A stretch of 64,000 nt of DNA from Acidobacteriaceae bacterium (GTDB lineage Bacteria; Acidobacteriota; Terriglobia; Terriglobales; Acidobacteriaceae), in assembly GCA_003151155.1 (NCBI GenBank), contig PLWX01000066.1, forward strand, positions 10,559 to 74,558, written 5' to 3'. Positions 19,179 through 29,598 of the stretch are shown piece by piece. The position numbers were made by a program, and so were the translations under genes. Under the pieces are notes generated by a model. That model searched no databases and was not told the origin of the DNA. It saw only the letters and a list, made by a program, of their open reading frames with translations. Numbering within the stretch: the first letter of the stretch is position 1; the number at the start of each line of letters is the position of its first letter.

Positions 19179-20369
19179 TTAGCGGTCGACCTTTGCCTTC
19201 AGTTCGAGTTGGCACTCGATCAAGTCGGACAGCGAAGCACGCAATGCGCTCAGATTACTCGCGTATCCAAGGCCGGCTTCGATCCCGACGATTCCATATC
19301 GAATCAGACGTTCGATTACATCATCGAAACACTGCATCCCGTCGAGATCACCCATGCGAATGGCGTCGAGAAGCGTCTTGCCTTCCTGCTCGCCTCTTTC
19401 CATGTACTCTCGCGTGCGCATCGTGGATTTGAGGATTTCAATCGCCGCCACCCGGCCGTTCTTGTCTTTTCTCGGCAACAGTCGCTGCGAGACGATGTAG
19501 CGGAAGCACTTGGAAAGCCGTTGTCGCACAAACTGCTGTTCCGCCGCTGGGAAAGCGCCAACGATACGCTCCACCGTCTTCGACGCGTCGCTGGTATTCA
19601 GCGTCGACATCACCAGGTGCCCGGATTCCGCCGCTTCCAGCGCGACCTCCATGGTCTCACGGTCGCGTATCTCGCCGACCAGGATAACCTTCGGCTCTTG
19701 TCGCAACGCCGCACGAAACGCCACGCTGTAGCTCGGCGCATCCGTGTGTAATTCCCGCTGATGCACCGTGCAGCGCTTGTGATAATGCAGATACTCAATC
19801 GGATCTTCGATCGTCACCACGTGCCATGTCTTTTCCTGGTTGATCTTGTTGAGCATGGCCGCAACGGTCGAACTCTTCCCAGATCCCGACGAACCGGTCA
19901 CCAGCACGATGCCGTCTTCAAGGTTGGTAGCGTCGCCCAACTGCGCCGGAAGATTCAAAGATTCGAGCGTCGGAACAGAATGCGGGATTACCTTCATCAC
20001 GATCGCGTAACTGCCACGCTGGCTGAATACATTGACTCGGAACCGTGACGTCCCGGAAACACTGTAAGAGAAATCCGTCGATCCTTCCTCCACCAGCAGC
20101 CGTTGTGCCTGCTGATGTTGCCCGATGAGTTCGCCCGCCATTCGCCGCGTGTCGTCCGCCGAAAGCACTGGGAGGCCGGGCACGACCATCAGCCCTCCAT
20201 TCCAGCCCACTTGTGGAATTCGTCCAGGCGAGAAGATCAGGCTGCTCACCTTCGCCGAGAGCCCCAGCATGGCGGTAATTATCTCGTTGGTAGGCAGCGG
20301 AGCTTCGGAACCGGCGGGTGCGAATAAGCCAGCCAAAGCATCGGAGAGCCCATTCTCAATTGGCGTCAT
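19179..20369 (-). CDS. PilT/PilU-family ATPase
   Basis: RFRVNVF, GSSGSGKSST, TIEDPIE, LRQEPKVILVGEIRD, GHLVMSTL. Confidence 0.9.
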   Translation of the reverse strand: MTPIENGLSDALAGLFAPAGSEAPLPTNEIITAMLGLSAKVSSLIFSPGRIPQVGWNGGLMVVPGLPVLSADDTRRMAGELIGQHQQAQRLLVEEGSTDFSYSVSGTSRFRVNVFSQRGSYAIVMKVIPHSVPTLESLNLPAQLGDATNLEDGIVLVTGSSGSGKSSTVAAMLNKINQEKTWHVVTIEDPIEYLHYHKRCTVHQRELHTDAPSYSVAFRAALRQEPKVILVGEIRDRETMEVALEAAESGHLVMSTLNTSDASKTVERIVGAFPAAEQQFVRQRLSKCFRYIVSQRLLPRKDKNGRVAAIEILKSTMRTREYMERGEQEGKTLLDAIRMGDLDGMQCFDDVIERLIRYGIVGIEAGLGYASNLSALRASLSDLIECQLELKAKVDR

Positions 20370-20496
20370 TCGTCCGCACCTGCTTGCCGAGAACCTTTTC
20401 GGGGGGAAACCACAACCTATCGTGGAAAGGGCGCTTTCAACAGGTAACTTTAGTCGCACCACTCAAGTTCCAATTGGTTCGAGGCCGGCCGCCAGC

Positions 20497-20512
20497 CGTG
20501 ACAAAAGTCATA
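20497..20512 (+). promoter_or_regulatory. CRP/HcpR-type box upstream of the Crp/Fnr gene
   Basis: CGTGA-caaaag-TCATA, with the same arms as the ric box. Confidence 0.65.
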
Positions 20513-20580
20513 CCCCGTAATCCGCAACGCCTCTAGCCTGAAGTCGGTTCTGCTACCTCGCGATTCGATACAATCGCACG

Positions 20581-21288
20581 ATGTTTCCCAAACCCAACTC
20601 CGAGCAGGTTTCCGTTCTTCGCCGTGTCGCGCTGTTCGCCGGACTAACGGAGCAGGAATTTGGCGACCTCGAGGCACGGGTCGTTACCCGTTACTACGAT
20701 GCCGCCACCATGATTTTCTCCGAGGGCGACCCCTGTGCCGGCCTCTTTATCGTCGAGAGCGGACACGTGCGAATCTTCAAGAGCTCCGCCAACGGACGCG
20801 AACAGGTTTTATCGATCGACGGCCCCGGTAGTTCGTTCGCTGAACTGCCTGTCTTTGACGGCGGACCTTATCCTGCGTCCGCGGTCGCGGTCAATCAACT
20901 CAGCCTGCTCTTCTTAAGCAAGCAGGACTTTCGCGCCATGTGCGTGAAATATCCCGAAGTCGCGCTTAAGGTGCTGAGCGTCGTGGGCAGCCGCCTGCGA
21001 AAGCTCGTAGGAATCATCGAAGAGCTTTCCTTCACCACCGTGCGCCATCGGCTCATCGCGTTGCTATTGCGCCTCGCCAAGACCGAAGGCGTAAAGAAAG
21101 GCACTGCGGTCACCATCACGCTGCCCGCGCACAACCAGGAATTGGCGGCTCAAATCGGCACCGTGCGAGAACTGGTATCGCGGAACATGAGCCGGCTGCA
21201 GCAAGAGGGCATGATCGACATCGATGGCCGTACCATCGTCCTTCGCGATCTCGCCGCCCTCAAGCGGACTCTCGAAGAATCCGGATAG
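20581..21288 (+). CDS. Crp/Fnr-family regulator (HcpR/DNR-like)
   Basis: cNMP-binding fold (FSEGDP, GREQVL, YPASA) and HTH ELAAQIGTVRELVSR; convergent with ric. Confidence 0.92.
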   Translation: MFPKPNSEQVSVLRRVALFAGLTEQEFGDLEARVVTRYYDAATMIFSEGDPCAGLFIVESGHVRIFKSSANGREQVLSIDGPGSSFAELPVFDGGPYPASAVAVNQLSLLFLSKQDFRAMCVKYPEVALKVLSVVGSRLRKLVGIIEELSFTTVRHRLIALLLRLAKTEGVKKGTAVTITLPAHNQELAAQIGTVRELVSRNMSRLQQEGMIDIDGRTIVLRDLAALKRTLEESG

Positions 21289-21346
21289 AAATAGAAAAAG
21301 CCCGCCAGTCCTACCTTGGCGGGCCATCAACCTGATCGAAAATTCC

Positions 21347-22090
21347 TTAGTACGCTTCTTTTTCCGAGCCTTCCATCGCCAGTGCGCGTGGAAACAGGAT
21401 GTTGTTTTCCAGGTGAATATGCTGGTGCAGGTCGGCCTCGAAGGCCAGTACGTCGCGATACAGCGATTGGAAAGTCACGCATGCATCCGCCGGAGCTTTC
21501 AAGTCCCCGGTTTCCTTGCGGATCTGTTTCAGCAACTCGCCCGCGCCATCGTGTTCCGACATCATCATCGCGATCGGGTTACGCACCGTGCCAAAGCACG
21601 ACGGCGGCATCGGCTCTTTCGAGAGCTGCGATTCATCCATCCTCAAAATGTACGGAAAGAGGATCTGTTCCTCCTTCATCAGGTGCACCGCCAGCTCTTC
21701 CGCCAACTGGTCAAATAATTCCCGGGCGCGTAACACCTCAGGATGATTTTCACCGTGCTTGCTCGCAACTTTTGCGAACACCTGCTGCAACCGCGGAGAT
21801 TCTTCGCGCACATAAGCGTGATGCTGCTTCAAAATGCGGTCGATAATTCCCGGCACGGATTCCTTCGCCCAGTTGCTTGCCCGTGCCTCGCGACTATCCT
21901 GCACCCCCGCTTCCGCCAATTCCAACTGCTGCACCACCGTCTCCACCGCCACCCGGCTCTGCGCGCACGCTTCGCCCAACGGGCGCTTCCCACCGCAGCA
22001 GTAATCAATTCCTAAACTCTCAAAAATGCGCGTCGCATAAGGCAATTCCACCGCGAGTTCCCGCACCGTTCGATTCGTATCCACTGTCAT
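21347..22090 (-). CDS. ric: Iron-sulfur cluster repair di-iron protein (YtfE/ScdA)
   Basis: IDYCCGG, HHAY, HLMKEEQILFP, EHD, HIHLENNILFP. Confidence 0.96.
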   Translation of the reverse strand: MTVDTNRTVRELAVELPYATRIFESLGIDYCCGGKRPLGEACAQSRVAVETVVQQLELAEAGVQDSREARASNWAKESVPGIIDRILKQHHAYVREESPRLQQVFAKVASKHGENHPEVLRARELFDQLAEELAVHLMKEEQILFPYILRMDESQLSKEPMPPSCFGTVRNPIAMMMSEHDGAGELLKQIRKETGDLKAPADACVTFQSLYRDVLAFEADLHQHIHLENNILFPRALAMEGSEKEAY

Positions 22091-22158
22091 CTGCGATCCT
22101 CCCGGTTCCGCTTCGGCGAAACCCTGATCGCAATCTATTCACCCCCCGCAGCTCGCAC

Positions 22159-22174
22159 TATGACTTAAGTCACG
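22159..22174 (-). promoter_or_regulatory. CRP/HcpR-type box upstream of ric
   Basis: On the minus strand, CGTGA-cttaag-TCATA. Confidence 0.7.
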
Positions 22175-22365
22175 CGTGGCGAATTGAGGCCATCTCAAAT
22201 CACCCGCTACGTCGCCGGGCCGTCCTCCCGTGGCGGCTTTCCAGTCCGCGAGCCCGATCCCGCGATCCTTCTGCCCGAAAAGTGGAATTTCCAGCAACTC
22301 TGAACCAAACCCTGAGCAGCTCTTTGCATCGAACCAAGCTAATACACGAGGAGTTTGCCGCCTGG

Positions 22366-23655
22366 ATGTCTAACGCTGATCTCACTTCGCTGCTTCTCGT
22401 TCTTTTATTACTGGTCGGATTAGCGCAGCTTCTCGGCTATCTCTTTACCCGCCTGCGTCAGCCCAAGGTGGTCGGCGAAATCCTAGCTGGCATCGTTCTT
22501 GGTCCAGCCCTCCTCGGTCGCATCAAGTTCGGCCAGACCTCCTTCGCGGATCTCAGCAACCATCACGCCGTCGTCCTGAACTTTGTCTATTGGCTCGGCC
22601 TTCTTTTGTTGATGTTCCTCTCCGGCGCCGAAACTCGCGAACTCTTCACCCGCGAAGAACGCCGCGAAGTCAGTTGGCTCGCCATCGTCGGCACCGGCAT
22701 TCCCTTCATCCTCGGGTTGGTACTGGGCCCCCTGCTCGTCGGTCCCGCTATCGAAGGTCCCAACAGCAGTCGTTTTTCACTGGTTATCATTCTCGCAGTG
22801 GGCGTCGCCGTCACCTCGGTCCCGGTTATCTCCAAGATATTTTCCGACCTGCACATCCTGAACACCCGTTTCGCTCGCTTGGTCCTGGGAGTCGCCGTAC
22901 TCGAAGACATCGTTCTATGGGCAGCCCTTGCCGTGGCCACCGCACTTGCCGGTAAAGCCGCCCTGAACGCGCGCCACATGGCCTACCACCTGGTCGCGAC
23001 GATCGGCTTCTTCGTCTTCGGACTCACCCTGCTGCCACGTCTCGTTAAGCGTCTTAATAAAGCGAAGATCAACGTCATCGCGAAGCACGCCCCGATCACG
23101 TATGCCATCGCAGTGCTCTTCGCCTATTGCGTCCTCGCCGGCGCTCTCGACGTCAGCATGGTCTTCGCTGCGTTTCTCGCCGGCTTCGCGGTCGTTCACA
23201 AGAAGCGACGCCTCTTCGCCGATGCCCTGGAAGCCATCGGCAAAGTCTCATTCGCCTTTTTTGTTCCGGTCTATTTCGCGATCGTCGGTCTCAAGCTCGA
23301 CATCGCCAAGGGATTCTCCTGGCGTATGCTGCTCGCGTTTCTGCTGGGAAGCTGCGTCGTGAAGATCCTCTCGGTCTCACTCGCGGGACGCATGGCCGGT
23401 TTTCGCGGCCTCGAACTGATCAACCTCGCGATTACCACCAACGCTCGCGGTGGTCCCGGCATTGTCCTCGCCAGCGTTGCCTACGACGCCGGCATCATCA
23501 ATGCCACGTTCTATACCACGCTTGTCCTTGCTGCCGTCTTGACTTCGCAGTTCGCCGGCGCATGGCTCGACTACGTGATCCGCAAGGGCTGGCCGCTCCT
23601 CCGCGAATCCGCTCCCACCGGCCAACAAAACGTAGCCGTAATCGAAACCACCTAG
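22366..23655 (+). CDS. Cation:proton antiporter (CPA2)
   Basis: QPKVVGEILAGIVLGP, TSVPV, LED, about 12 TM helices; GAGGAG upstream. Confidence 0.9.
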   Translation: MSNADLTSLLLVLLLLVGLAQLLGYLFTRLRQPKVVGEILAGIVLGPALLGRIKFGQTSFADLSNHHAVVLNFVYWLGLLLLMFLSGAETRELFTREERREVSWLAIVGTGIPFILGLVLGPLLVGPAIEGPNSSRFSLVIILAVGVAVTSVPVISKIFSDLHILNTRFARLVLGVAVLEDIVLWAALAVATALAGKAALNARHMAYHLVATIGFFVFGLTLLPRLVKRLNKAKINVIAKHAPITYAIAVLFAYCVLAGALDVSMVFAAFLAGFAVVHKKRRLFADALEAIGKVSFAFFVPVYFAIVGLKLDIAKGFSWRMLLAFLLGSCVVKILSVSLAGRMAGFRGLELINLAITTNARGGPGIVLASVAYDAGIINATFYTTLVLAAVLTSQFAGAWLDYVIRKGWPLLRESAPTGQQNVAVIETT

Positions 23656-23748
23656 CGTCAAACTGGTCCAGCCATCTTCCGCTCCTAACGTTCAGCACAC
23701 AAACGCCGCGGCGCCCTTCAGGGGATGGCATCCGAGCGGTGGGTGAAC

Positions 23749-23777
23749 TTGACCCCACTCCCCGCCTCCTCTATAGT
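23749..23777 (+). promoter_or_regulatory. Sigma70 promoter of the carbonic-anhydrase transcript
   Basis: TTGACC-N17-TATAGT. Confidence 0.75.
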
Positions 23778-23807
23778 TTTTCCACGTTGCCGTACTCCGC
23801 GACCGAT

Positions 23808-23843
23808 ATGCCCCGCCTCTTCTACTCCCGTTGTTGTTGTTGA
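23808..23843 (+). CDS. Putative cysteine-sensing leader peptide MPRLFYSRCCC
   Basis: ATG...CGT TGT TGT TGT TGA between the promoter and the beta-CA gene; in-frame TTG at 23787. Confidence 0.6.
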   Translation: MPRLFYSRCCC

Positions 23844-23935
23844 ACCTTTCCCGCTCCAGCTCTGCTTATTCCGATCAATCCTTCGCCAGTTACCGTCATT
23901 GGTAGTTACTGCACTTTCTTTAAAGGAGTTTCCCC

Positions 23936-24527
<592 letters not shown>

Positions 24528-24644
24528 ACCGCAACGTGCCCATCGTCAGCGTTATCTGCCAAGGATGGGCACGTCTTCATTTCTATTCGTGATATTGCGC
24601 GAATGAACCGGTCCCTGCTGCGACGGTCTTCGGCGGTCTGACAC

Positions 24645-26132
24645 CTACACGTACTCCCGCTCCTGCCGCCGGATCGCCTTATAACGCTCGAACGCCTTGT
24701 GCTCGTCTTCGAGTCCCAGGAAATTGCGCAGCGTGGAGCCGCGAAAGGTATGCGCCATCATCTTCCCCGCGTGCGTCGCCACGAACCACGGGTCATGACG
24801 AAACACGGCCGGAACGTGTCGCACTTTCATCCATCGCTCCGCCTTCCAGCGCGCATACTCAATTTCATCCGAGGAAACGTGCTCGGTTCGCACCACTGCC
24901 GTCGTCCCGTCATATTCTTCCAGCCGTTCATTTGCGATCAAGCCGCGCTGGCGAAACTGCTCCGTCATCGGCGTCCGCGGGTAGGGCGTGGGATGCTGGA
25001 TATACGGCCAATCCACATATCGTTTCGCGAACTCCAGGTTCTTCTCGATCGATTCGCGGGTATCGTCCGGACTCCCCACGATCAACCCGCCCACCACCAG
25101 CATCTTGTTACGATGGATCCAATCGATTGCCCTTAAGGTCGCGTTGCCAATATTCTTCCCGTTATCTTTTGCGGTATTCTTCGCCGACGCGTGCAGGAAC
25201 TGCAGATCGCTCTCAAGAATGTTTTCGATCCCCAAAAACACGTACCGGAATCCTGCCTGCCGCATCAGCGGCGCCAGCGTCTCTCCGTGGTTCGCAATCG
25301 ACGAAGTCATCGCCTGCACGAAGTAATCGATCTTATTCAACCCTGCATCGATGATCGCGCGACACAGCCCTTCAAAGCGCTTTACGTTCAGCATGATGTT
25401 GTCATCCACCAGAAAGATGGTGCGCGCTCCATGCTCCTGCGCATCGCGGATGTCTTCGATCACGCGCTCGAACGAATAAGTATGGAAGTTCCTCCCGCGC
25501 ATCTCGATGATGGAGCAGAAGCTGCAATCATAAGTGCAGCCTCGCGACGTCTCCACCACATCCACTTGCCGTCCCAATAGCGTATAGCCGCTCAACACCC
25601 GCGCATCGCGCTTCGGCAAGCGGATCTCGCCATCTTCCAGTTTGTGAACCGGTCCAATCGGATTGTGAATCCACCGTTCCTCCTCGCGGTAAGAGAGCCC
25701 GCTGATCTTCGTGAAGCTTCCACCTGACTCCAGCGCTCGCAGCAATTCGCGAAACGGCACCTCTCCTTCACCGCGCACGATGAAGTCCACATCCATCTTC
25801 TCGTAGGCTTCAAACGCCAGGCTCGGATCGTATCCGCCCACCACGATCTTGAGCCCTGGCTTCAACGCGCGCATCAGCCCGATGATCCGCTCCGCCGTCC
25901 TGCGCTGGAACGTCATTATCGAGAGCCCAATCACTTCGGGCGCAATCTCTCGCATCAACTTCACGATCGTCTGCCGGACCTCGCGATGCCGCAGAATCAG
26001 GTCGGCCACCGCCACGCGATGATGGCCGTCCACGTTGCCTGCGAGCGAAGTGAGCGCCCCATTTGGCATGCGGATCGCAACCGGCGGCATATGCTCGAAT
26101 GAGTCCGGCATCGAGAGTAGAAGGATGTTCAT
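24645..26132 (-). CDS. Cobalamin-binding radical SAM protein
   Basis: N-terminal B12-binding domain, TSRGCTYDCSFC, LVDDN, GIE. Confidence 0.92.
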   Translation of the reverse strand: MNILLLSMPDSFEHMPPVAIRMPNGALTSLAGNVDGHHRVAVADLILRHREVRQTIVKLMREIAPEVIGLSIMTFQRRTAERIIGLMRALKPGLKIVVGGYDPSLAFEAYEKMDVDFIVRGEGEVPFRELLRALESGGSFTKISGLSYREEERWIHNPIGPVHKLEDGEIRLPKRDARVLSGYTLLGRQVDVVETSRGCTYDCSFCSIIEMRGRNFHTYSFERVIEDIRDAQEHGARTIFLVDDNIMLNVKRFEGLCRAIIDAGLNKIDYFVQAMTSSIANHGETLAPLMRQAGFRYVFLGIENILESDLQFLHASAKNTAKDNGKNIGNATLRAIDWIHRNKMLVVGGLIVGSPDDTRESIEKNLEFAKRYVDWPYIQHPTPYPRTPMTEQFRQRGLIANERLEEYDGTTAVVRTEHVSSDEIEYARWKAERWMKVRHVPAVFRHDPWFVATHAGKMMAHTFRGSTLRNFLGLEDEHKAFERYKAIRRQEREYV

Positions 26133-26273
26133 ACGGCACCTTATCGAGCGCTTGCGGAAGTGAAGATGTGGACGATACCACGATCCTCGGGCCCGAGGAA
26201 AATTCAGAGTTCTTTACAAACGATCGAAAGCAACCAGGGATCGTCACTTCCTCCGCGCTCATCCAACCCGCAT

Positions 26274-26840
26274 ATGGACATTCAATTCGACGCTAAAACG
26301 ACTGCGCTCGTCGTCATCGATCTCCAGCACGCCATCGTCAGCCGCGAAACCGCTCCCTACTCACCTACCGACGTTATCCGTAACGTTCGTACTCTCGCCG
26401 ATACGTTGCGCAGCCACGGCGTCACCATCGTCTTCGTCCATGTGAAAATCGATGAAGTTTTACGTCTGACCGTCGATCAGTCCATGCCCCGTCCGGCCGG
26501 CGGAATTCCGTCGAACGCTTCCGACCTCATTCCAGAGATCGGCCTCCAGTCCTCCGACGTGGTCATCCTCAAACGGCAATGGGGCGCCTTCTACGGTACG
26601 GGTCTCGACCAGCAACTCCGCCGTCGCGGGATTCGCACCATCATCATGGCCGGCATCGCTACGAATATCGGCGTCGAGTCGACGGCGCGGGCAGCCTTCG
26701 ATCGCGGTTATGAATTGATCTTTGCCGAAGATGCCATGAGCAGCATCGGCGCCGAAGCTCATCGCTTCAGCACCACGCAAATCTTCCCGCGGATGGGCCG
26801 CGTTCGTTCCTCAAAAGAGATTGCCGACGGTGTTAACTAG
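26274..26840 (+). CDS. Isochorismatase-family hydrolase (YecD-like)
   Basis: VVIDLQ, KRQWGAFYGT, GIATNIGVESTAR. Confidence 0.9.
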   Translation: MDIQFDAKTTALVVIDLQHAIVSRETAPYSPTDVIRNVRTLADTLRSHGVTIVFVHVKIDEVLRLTVDQSMPRPAGGIPSNASDLIPEIGLQSSDVVILKRQWGAFYGTGLDQQLRRRGIRTIIMAGIATNIGVESTARAAFDRGYELIFAEDAMSSIGAEAHRFSTTQIFPRMGRVRSSKEIADGVN

Positions 26841-26842
26841 TT

Positions 26843-27950
26843 TTAGGCCGAGCGCAGCGTGATTCGCAGGATCTCGCTGCGCTTCCACAACCGCATGCGT
26901 GGTCCCCACGTCCCGGTCCCCCGCCCCACGATCGCCGTCATTCCATTCATGTCATAACGCCCATGCACAAGACGAAACGCCAGGGGTACTAGGTATTGGA
27001 ACGGCCAGATTTGTCCCTCGTGCGTGTGACCGCTCAGCATCAGTCCGGCACCCAACTCTGCCGCTCGCTCCGCCAGTACCGGCGTATGCGAGAGAAGAAT
27101 CGTCGCGCCTGCCGACGGATTGGCCAGCGCCTGCTGCAGAGCAATCGCCTGGTCGCGCTTCCCTGCCTTGCGAAACGCCGGATCATCCACTCCGGCAATC
27201 CGCAATCCCGGCAGCACCTCGTAATGTTCATCGCGCAACACGCGGAATCCCGCGCCGCGAAACGTCTCGATAATCGCTTCCGGACCGGCGTAGAACTCAT
27301 GATTGCCGGTCACTGCGAACACACCCAGCGGGGCTCGGAATTGCCGCAACACCGGGAGCCACCCCGCATGCGTTTCTTTCTCGCCCTCAAAAATATCGCC
27401 AACCAGTAACAGGACGTCAGGCCTGAGCGTCGCAAACTGCGTTGCCCGAGCGGTCGCCCAGCGGTGTCCGAGCATCGAGCCCAAATGGAGATCGCTGCCA
27501 ACCACCAGAACTTTTCCGTCGACTTCTCCTGGCAGCCCGCGCAGCGCGACTTCGTATTCGGTAACCGTGGGAATGCGCCACGCTTGCACATAAGCAATCA
27601 CGATCAAGACGGCCGCAACCAGCAGCGCCCCGACGCGTATCTTGATCTTCAATGCCGGCAGCAGCCATCCAAAGCCGGTCACCACATCCGCCGCAAAAAG
27701 CGCAACGAAAACAAGAAGATGCCCACCCACGTCGCACCGACATATTCGAGAACATGCGACAGCCGGCCAAAAGTTCGTAATGCTCCATCACCCGCGAGGC
27801 GATATAACTCACCCCGAGGAAGACCATGACCGGCACAAGGATATGAGGAGGTAGATATTGGGCGATAACCGGTATCGAGAGCAGCCGCTCCGCAATATAA
27901 ACGTGCAAGCCGCCCCAGAGCAGAAGGAAGATAACAAATACAAATACCAA
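26843..27950 (-). pseudogene. Membrane-anchored metallophosphoesterase with two frameshifts (near 27770 and 27710)
   Basis: The TM region is split over three frames; catalytic SDLH, GD, GNHE, LSH, SGHTHEGQ are intact. Confidence 0.85.
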
Positions 27951-28037
27951 GAGCCCGTTCTCCTATCTCGATTGTAGCCACATCGGTTCCACCGCATACA
28001 ACACGGCCGCGCTAGCCTGCACCCTACTCAAAGAGGT

Positions 28038-28574
28038 ATGCACTTTATGGACCTGCAAAACAAAAAGTCCTGGATTGCCCTCGGCGGTTTCTGCGCCGCC
28101 GTCACTGCCGCCGCGTGGTTCGGCTCTCGTTACAGCCCGCGCGATACCCGCACCCGGCTCTGGTACAACCGTCTCGAGAAACCCAGCTTCACACCTCCTA
28201 AAGGCGTCTACCCGGTAGTTTGGACCAGTCTCTATGCATTGATGGCGGTTTCCGGATGGCGGGTATGGCAGGCGGAGAGTTCCGAAGAGCGCTCCCACGC
28301 CCTGCGTCTCTGGGTCGCGCAACTTGTTTCGAATGCCGAGTGGACGCGGATTTTCTTCGGCGAACATCGCCCCCTGCGCGCTCTCCTCGATGTCGCCGTC
28401 CTCGAAACCGCAATCGTTAAATACATCGCCGCCGCATCGAAGGTCGATCGTACCGCCGCTGCCTGCTTCGTTCCTTATGCCGGATGGGTAGCCTTTGCGG
28501 CAGTGCTGAACGCTGAAATCGTGCGCCTGAATCCCGGCGCTCGCAAACTCTTCCCGCGAGCCCGTGCGGCTTAG
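28038..28574 (+). CDS. tspO: TspO/MBR tryptophan-rich sensory protein
   Basis: WYNRLEKPSFTPP, VWTSLY, PYAGWVAFAAVLN. Confidence 0.92.
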   Translation: MHFMDLQNKKSWIALGGFCAAVTAAAWFGSRYSPRDTRTRLWYNRLEKPSFTPPKGVYPVVWTSLYALMAVSGWRVWQAESSEERSHALRLWVAQLVSNAEWTRIFFGEHRPLRALLDVAVLETAIVKYIAAASKVDRTAAACFVPYAGWVAFAAVLNAEIVRLNPGARKLFPRARAA

Positions 28575-28577
28575 AGT

Positions 28578-29039
28578 TCAAGCCAGCATCCCTTCGAGCT
28601 GGCGTAAATGGTTGATGTCGTGCCCGGCGCACAGCTCCACAATGCGCCGCGCGCCTTCTTTTCCCCGTTCGGAATGCATGCCGTAATGTTCCCAATCCTC
28701 CGGCGTGAGTGCCCGGTACATCGCGAGGTTTGCCGCCCGCAAGGCGTAGAACGCGTCCAGCGCTAGCGGGAGATCTGTGTTGGCATAACGCGATGCCCAG
28801 GCATCCTGGTCGAAGCCCTGGATGCTAATCCAGTTGGTTCCCACCACCAGGCGGACTCGCACGCCTACCATCATCTCGACCTCGGATAGATGGATCACGA
28901 TTTCCGCCGCCGACCATTTTTCCGGCACCGGTCGCTTCCGCAGTTGCTCCGGTGAGAACTTCGCCAGCACTTTTAGCGGATCAGCATCGCCCATGGTTCC
29001 CAGGATCCTCTGAACATATTCCTGCGCAGTCTCCGGCAT
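28578..29039 (-). CDS. DinB/YfiT-family protein
   Basis: KWSAAEIVIHL, FDQDAWA, HSERG, GHDINHLRQ. Confidence 0.85.
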   Translation of the reverse strand: MPETAQEYVQRILGTMGDADPLKVLAKFSPEQLRKRPVPEKWSAAEIVIHLSEVEMMVGVRVRLVVGTNWISIQGFDQDAWASRYANTDLPLALDAFYALRAANLAMYRALTPEDWEHYGMHSERGKEGARRIVELCAGHDINHLRQLEGMLA

Positions 29040-29225
29040 CGCGTTTCCTTTCCTGATGGTTCTCCCTTCAGATGAGCTTTTCTGCCGGAAGATTCGCGAA
29101 ATCCAAGGTAAGCCGAGTCCCAGACATGGCCACGCTTAGGTCAGGCATAAGCGCAAATGTGCCATTGAGAGCTCCGCGAAGTTTGGCTACTCTGGCTGCA
29201 CTGCGTAACGAGAGCACGCATTCTC

Positions 29226-29591
29226 ATGCCGACCGGAACCCGAGGAAAATCTAATTTAAGTTGGTTGTTGGGAACGACGATGAGCGTCGTGATTGCGACT
29301 GCGCTCATTTTTCTCGTGCGCGGCACCCAGCGCTCCATCCTGGTGCCGATTGTGTTCATTGTGGTCATCGTGCTTTGCGCACGCTACTTCGGGGTAATTG
29401 CCGGCATTCTCGGTTCGGTCGTCGCTACCGGAATGTTCGCTCTATTTCTCTTTCAGCCTTACGGAAGCTTTCGTGTCGCCGATCATCAGGCGCTTTCGAA
29501 TCTCGGCTTACTGCTCTTCGCCGGCATCGCCCTCTCCTACGCCAACGCCGAAGACGACGATACAATTCCCGGACCTCTCAAGCCTCGCTGA
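29226..29591 (+). CDS. Stand-alone DUF4118-like (KdpD TM region) membrane protein
   Basis: Four TM helices with FG..AG and FLFQPYGSFRV. Confidence 0.65.
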   Translation: MPTGTRGKSNLSWLLGTTMSVVIATALIFLVRGTQRSILVPIVFIVVIVLCARYFGVIAGILGSVVATGMFALFLFQPYGSFRVADHQALSNLGLLLFAGIALSYANAEDDDTIPGPLKPR

Positions 29592-29598
29592 CCCGCCT

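Noticed and set aside
21877-22365. N-terminal extension of the antiporter ORF
   Set aside because: It overlaps ric and its regulatory box and has low complexity; the RBS supports ATG 22366
23718-23750. Fluoride riboswitch starting GGGGATGG
   Set aside because: P1 pairing and the GCTGATGAC core are absent, and it lies upstream of the promoter
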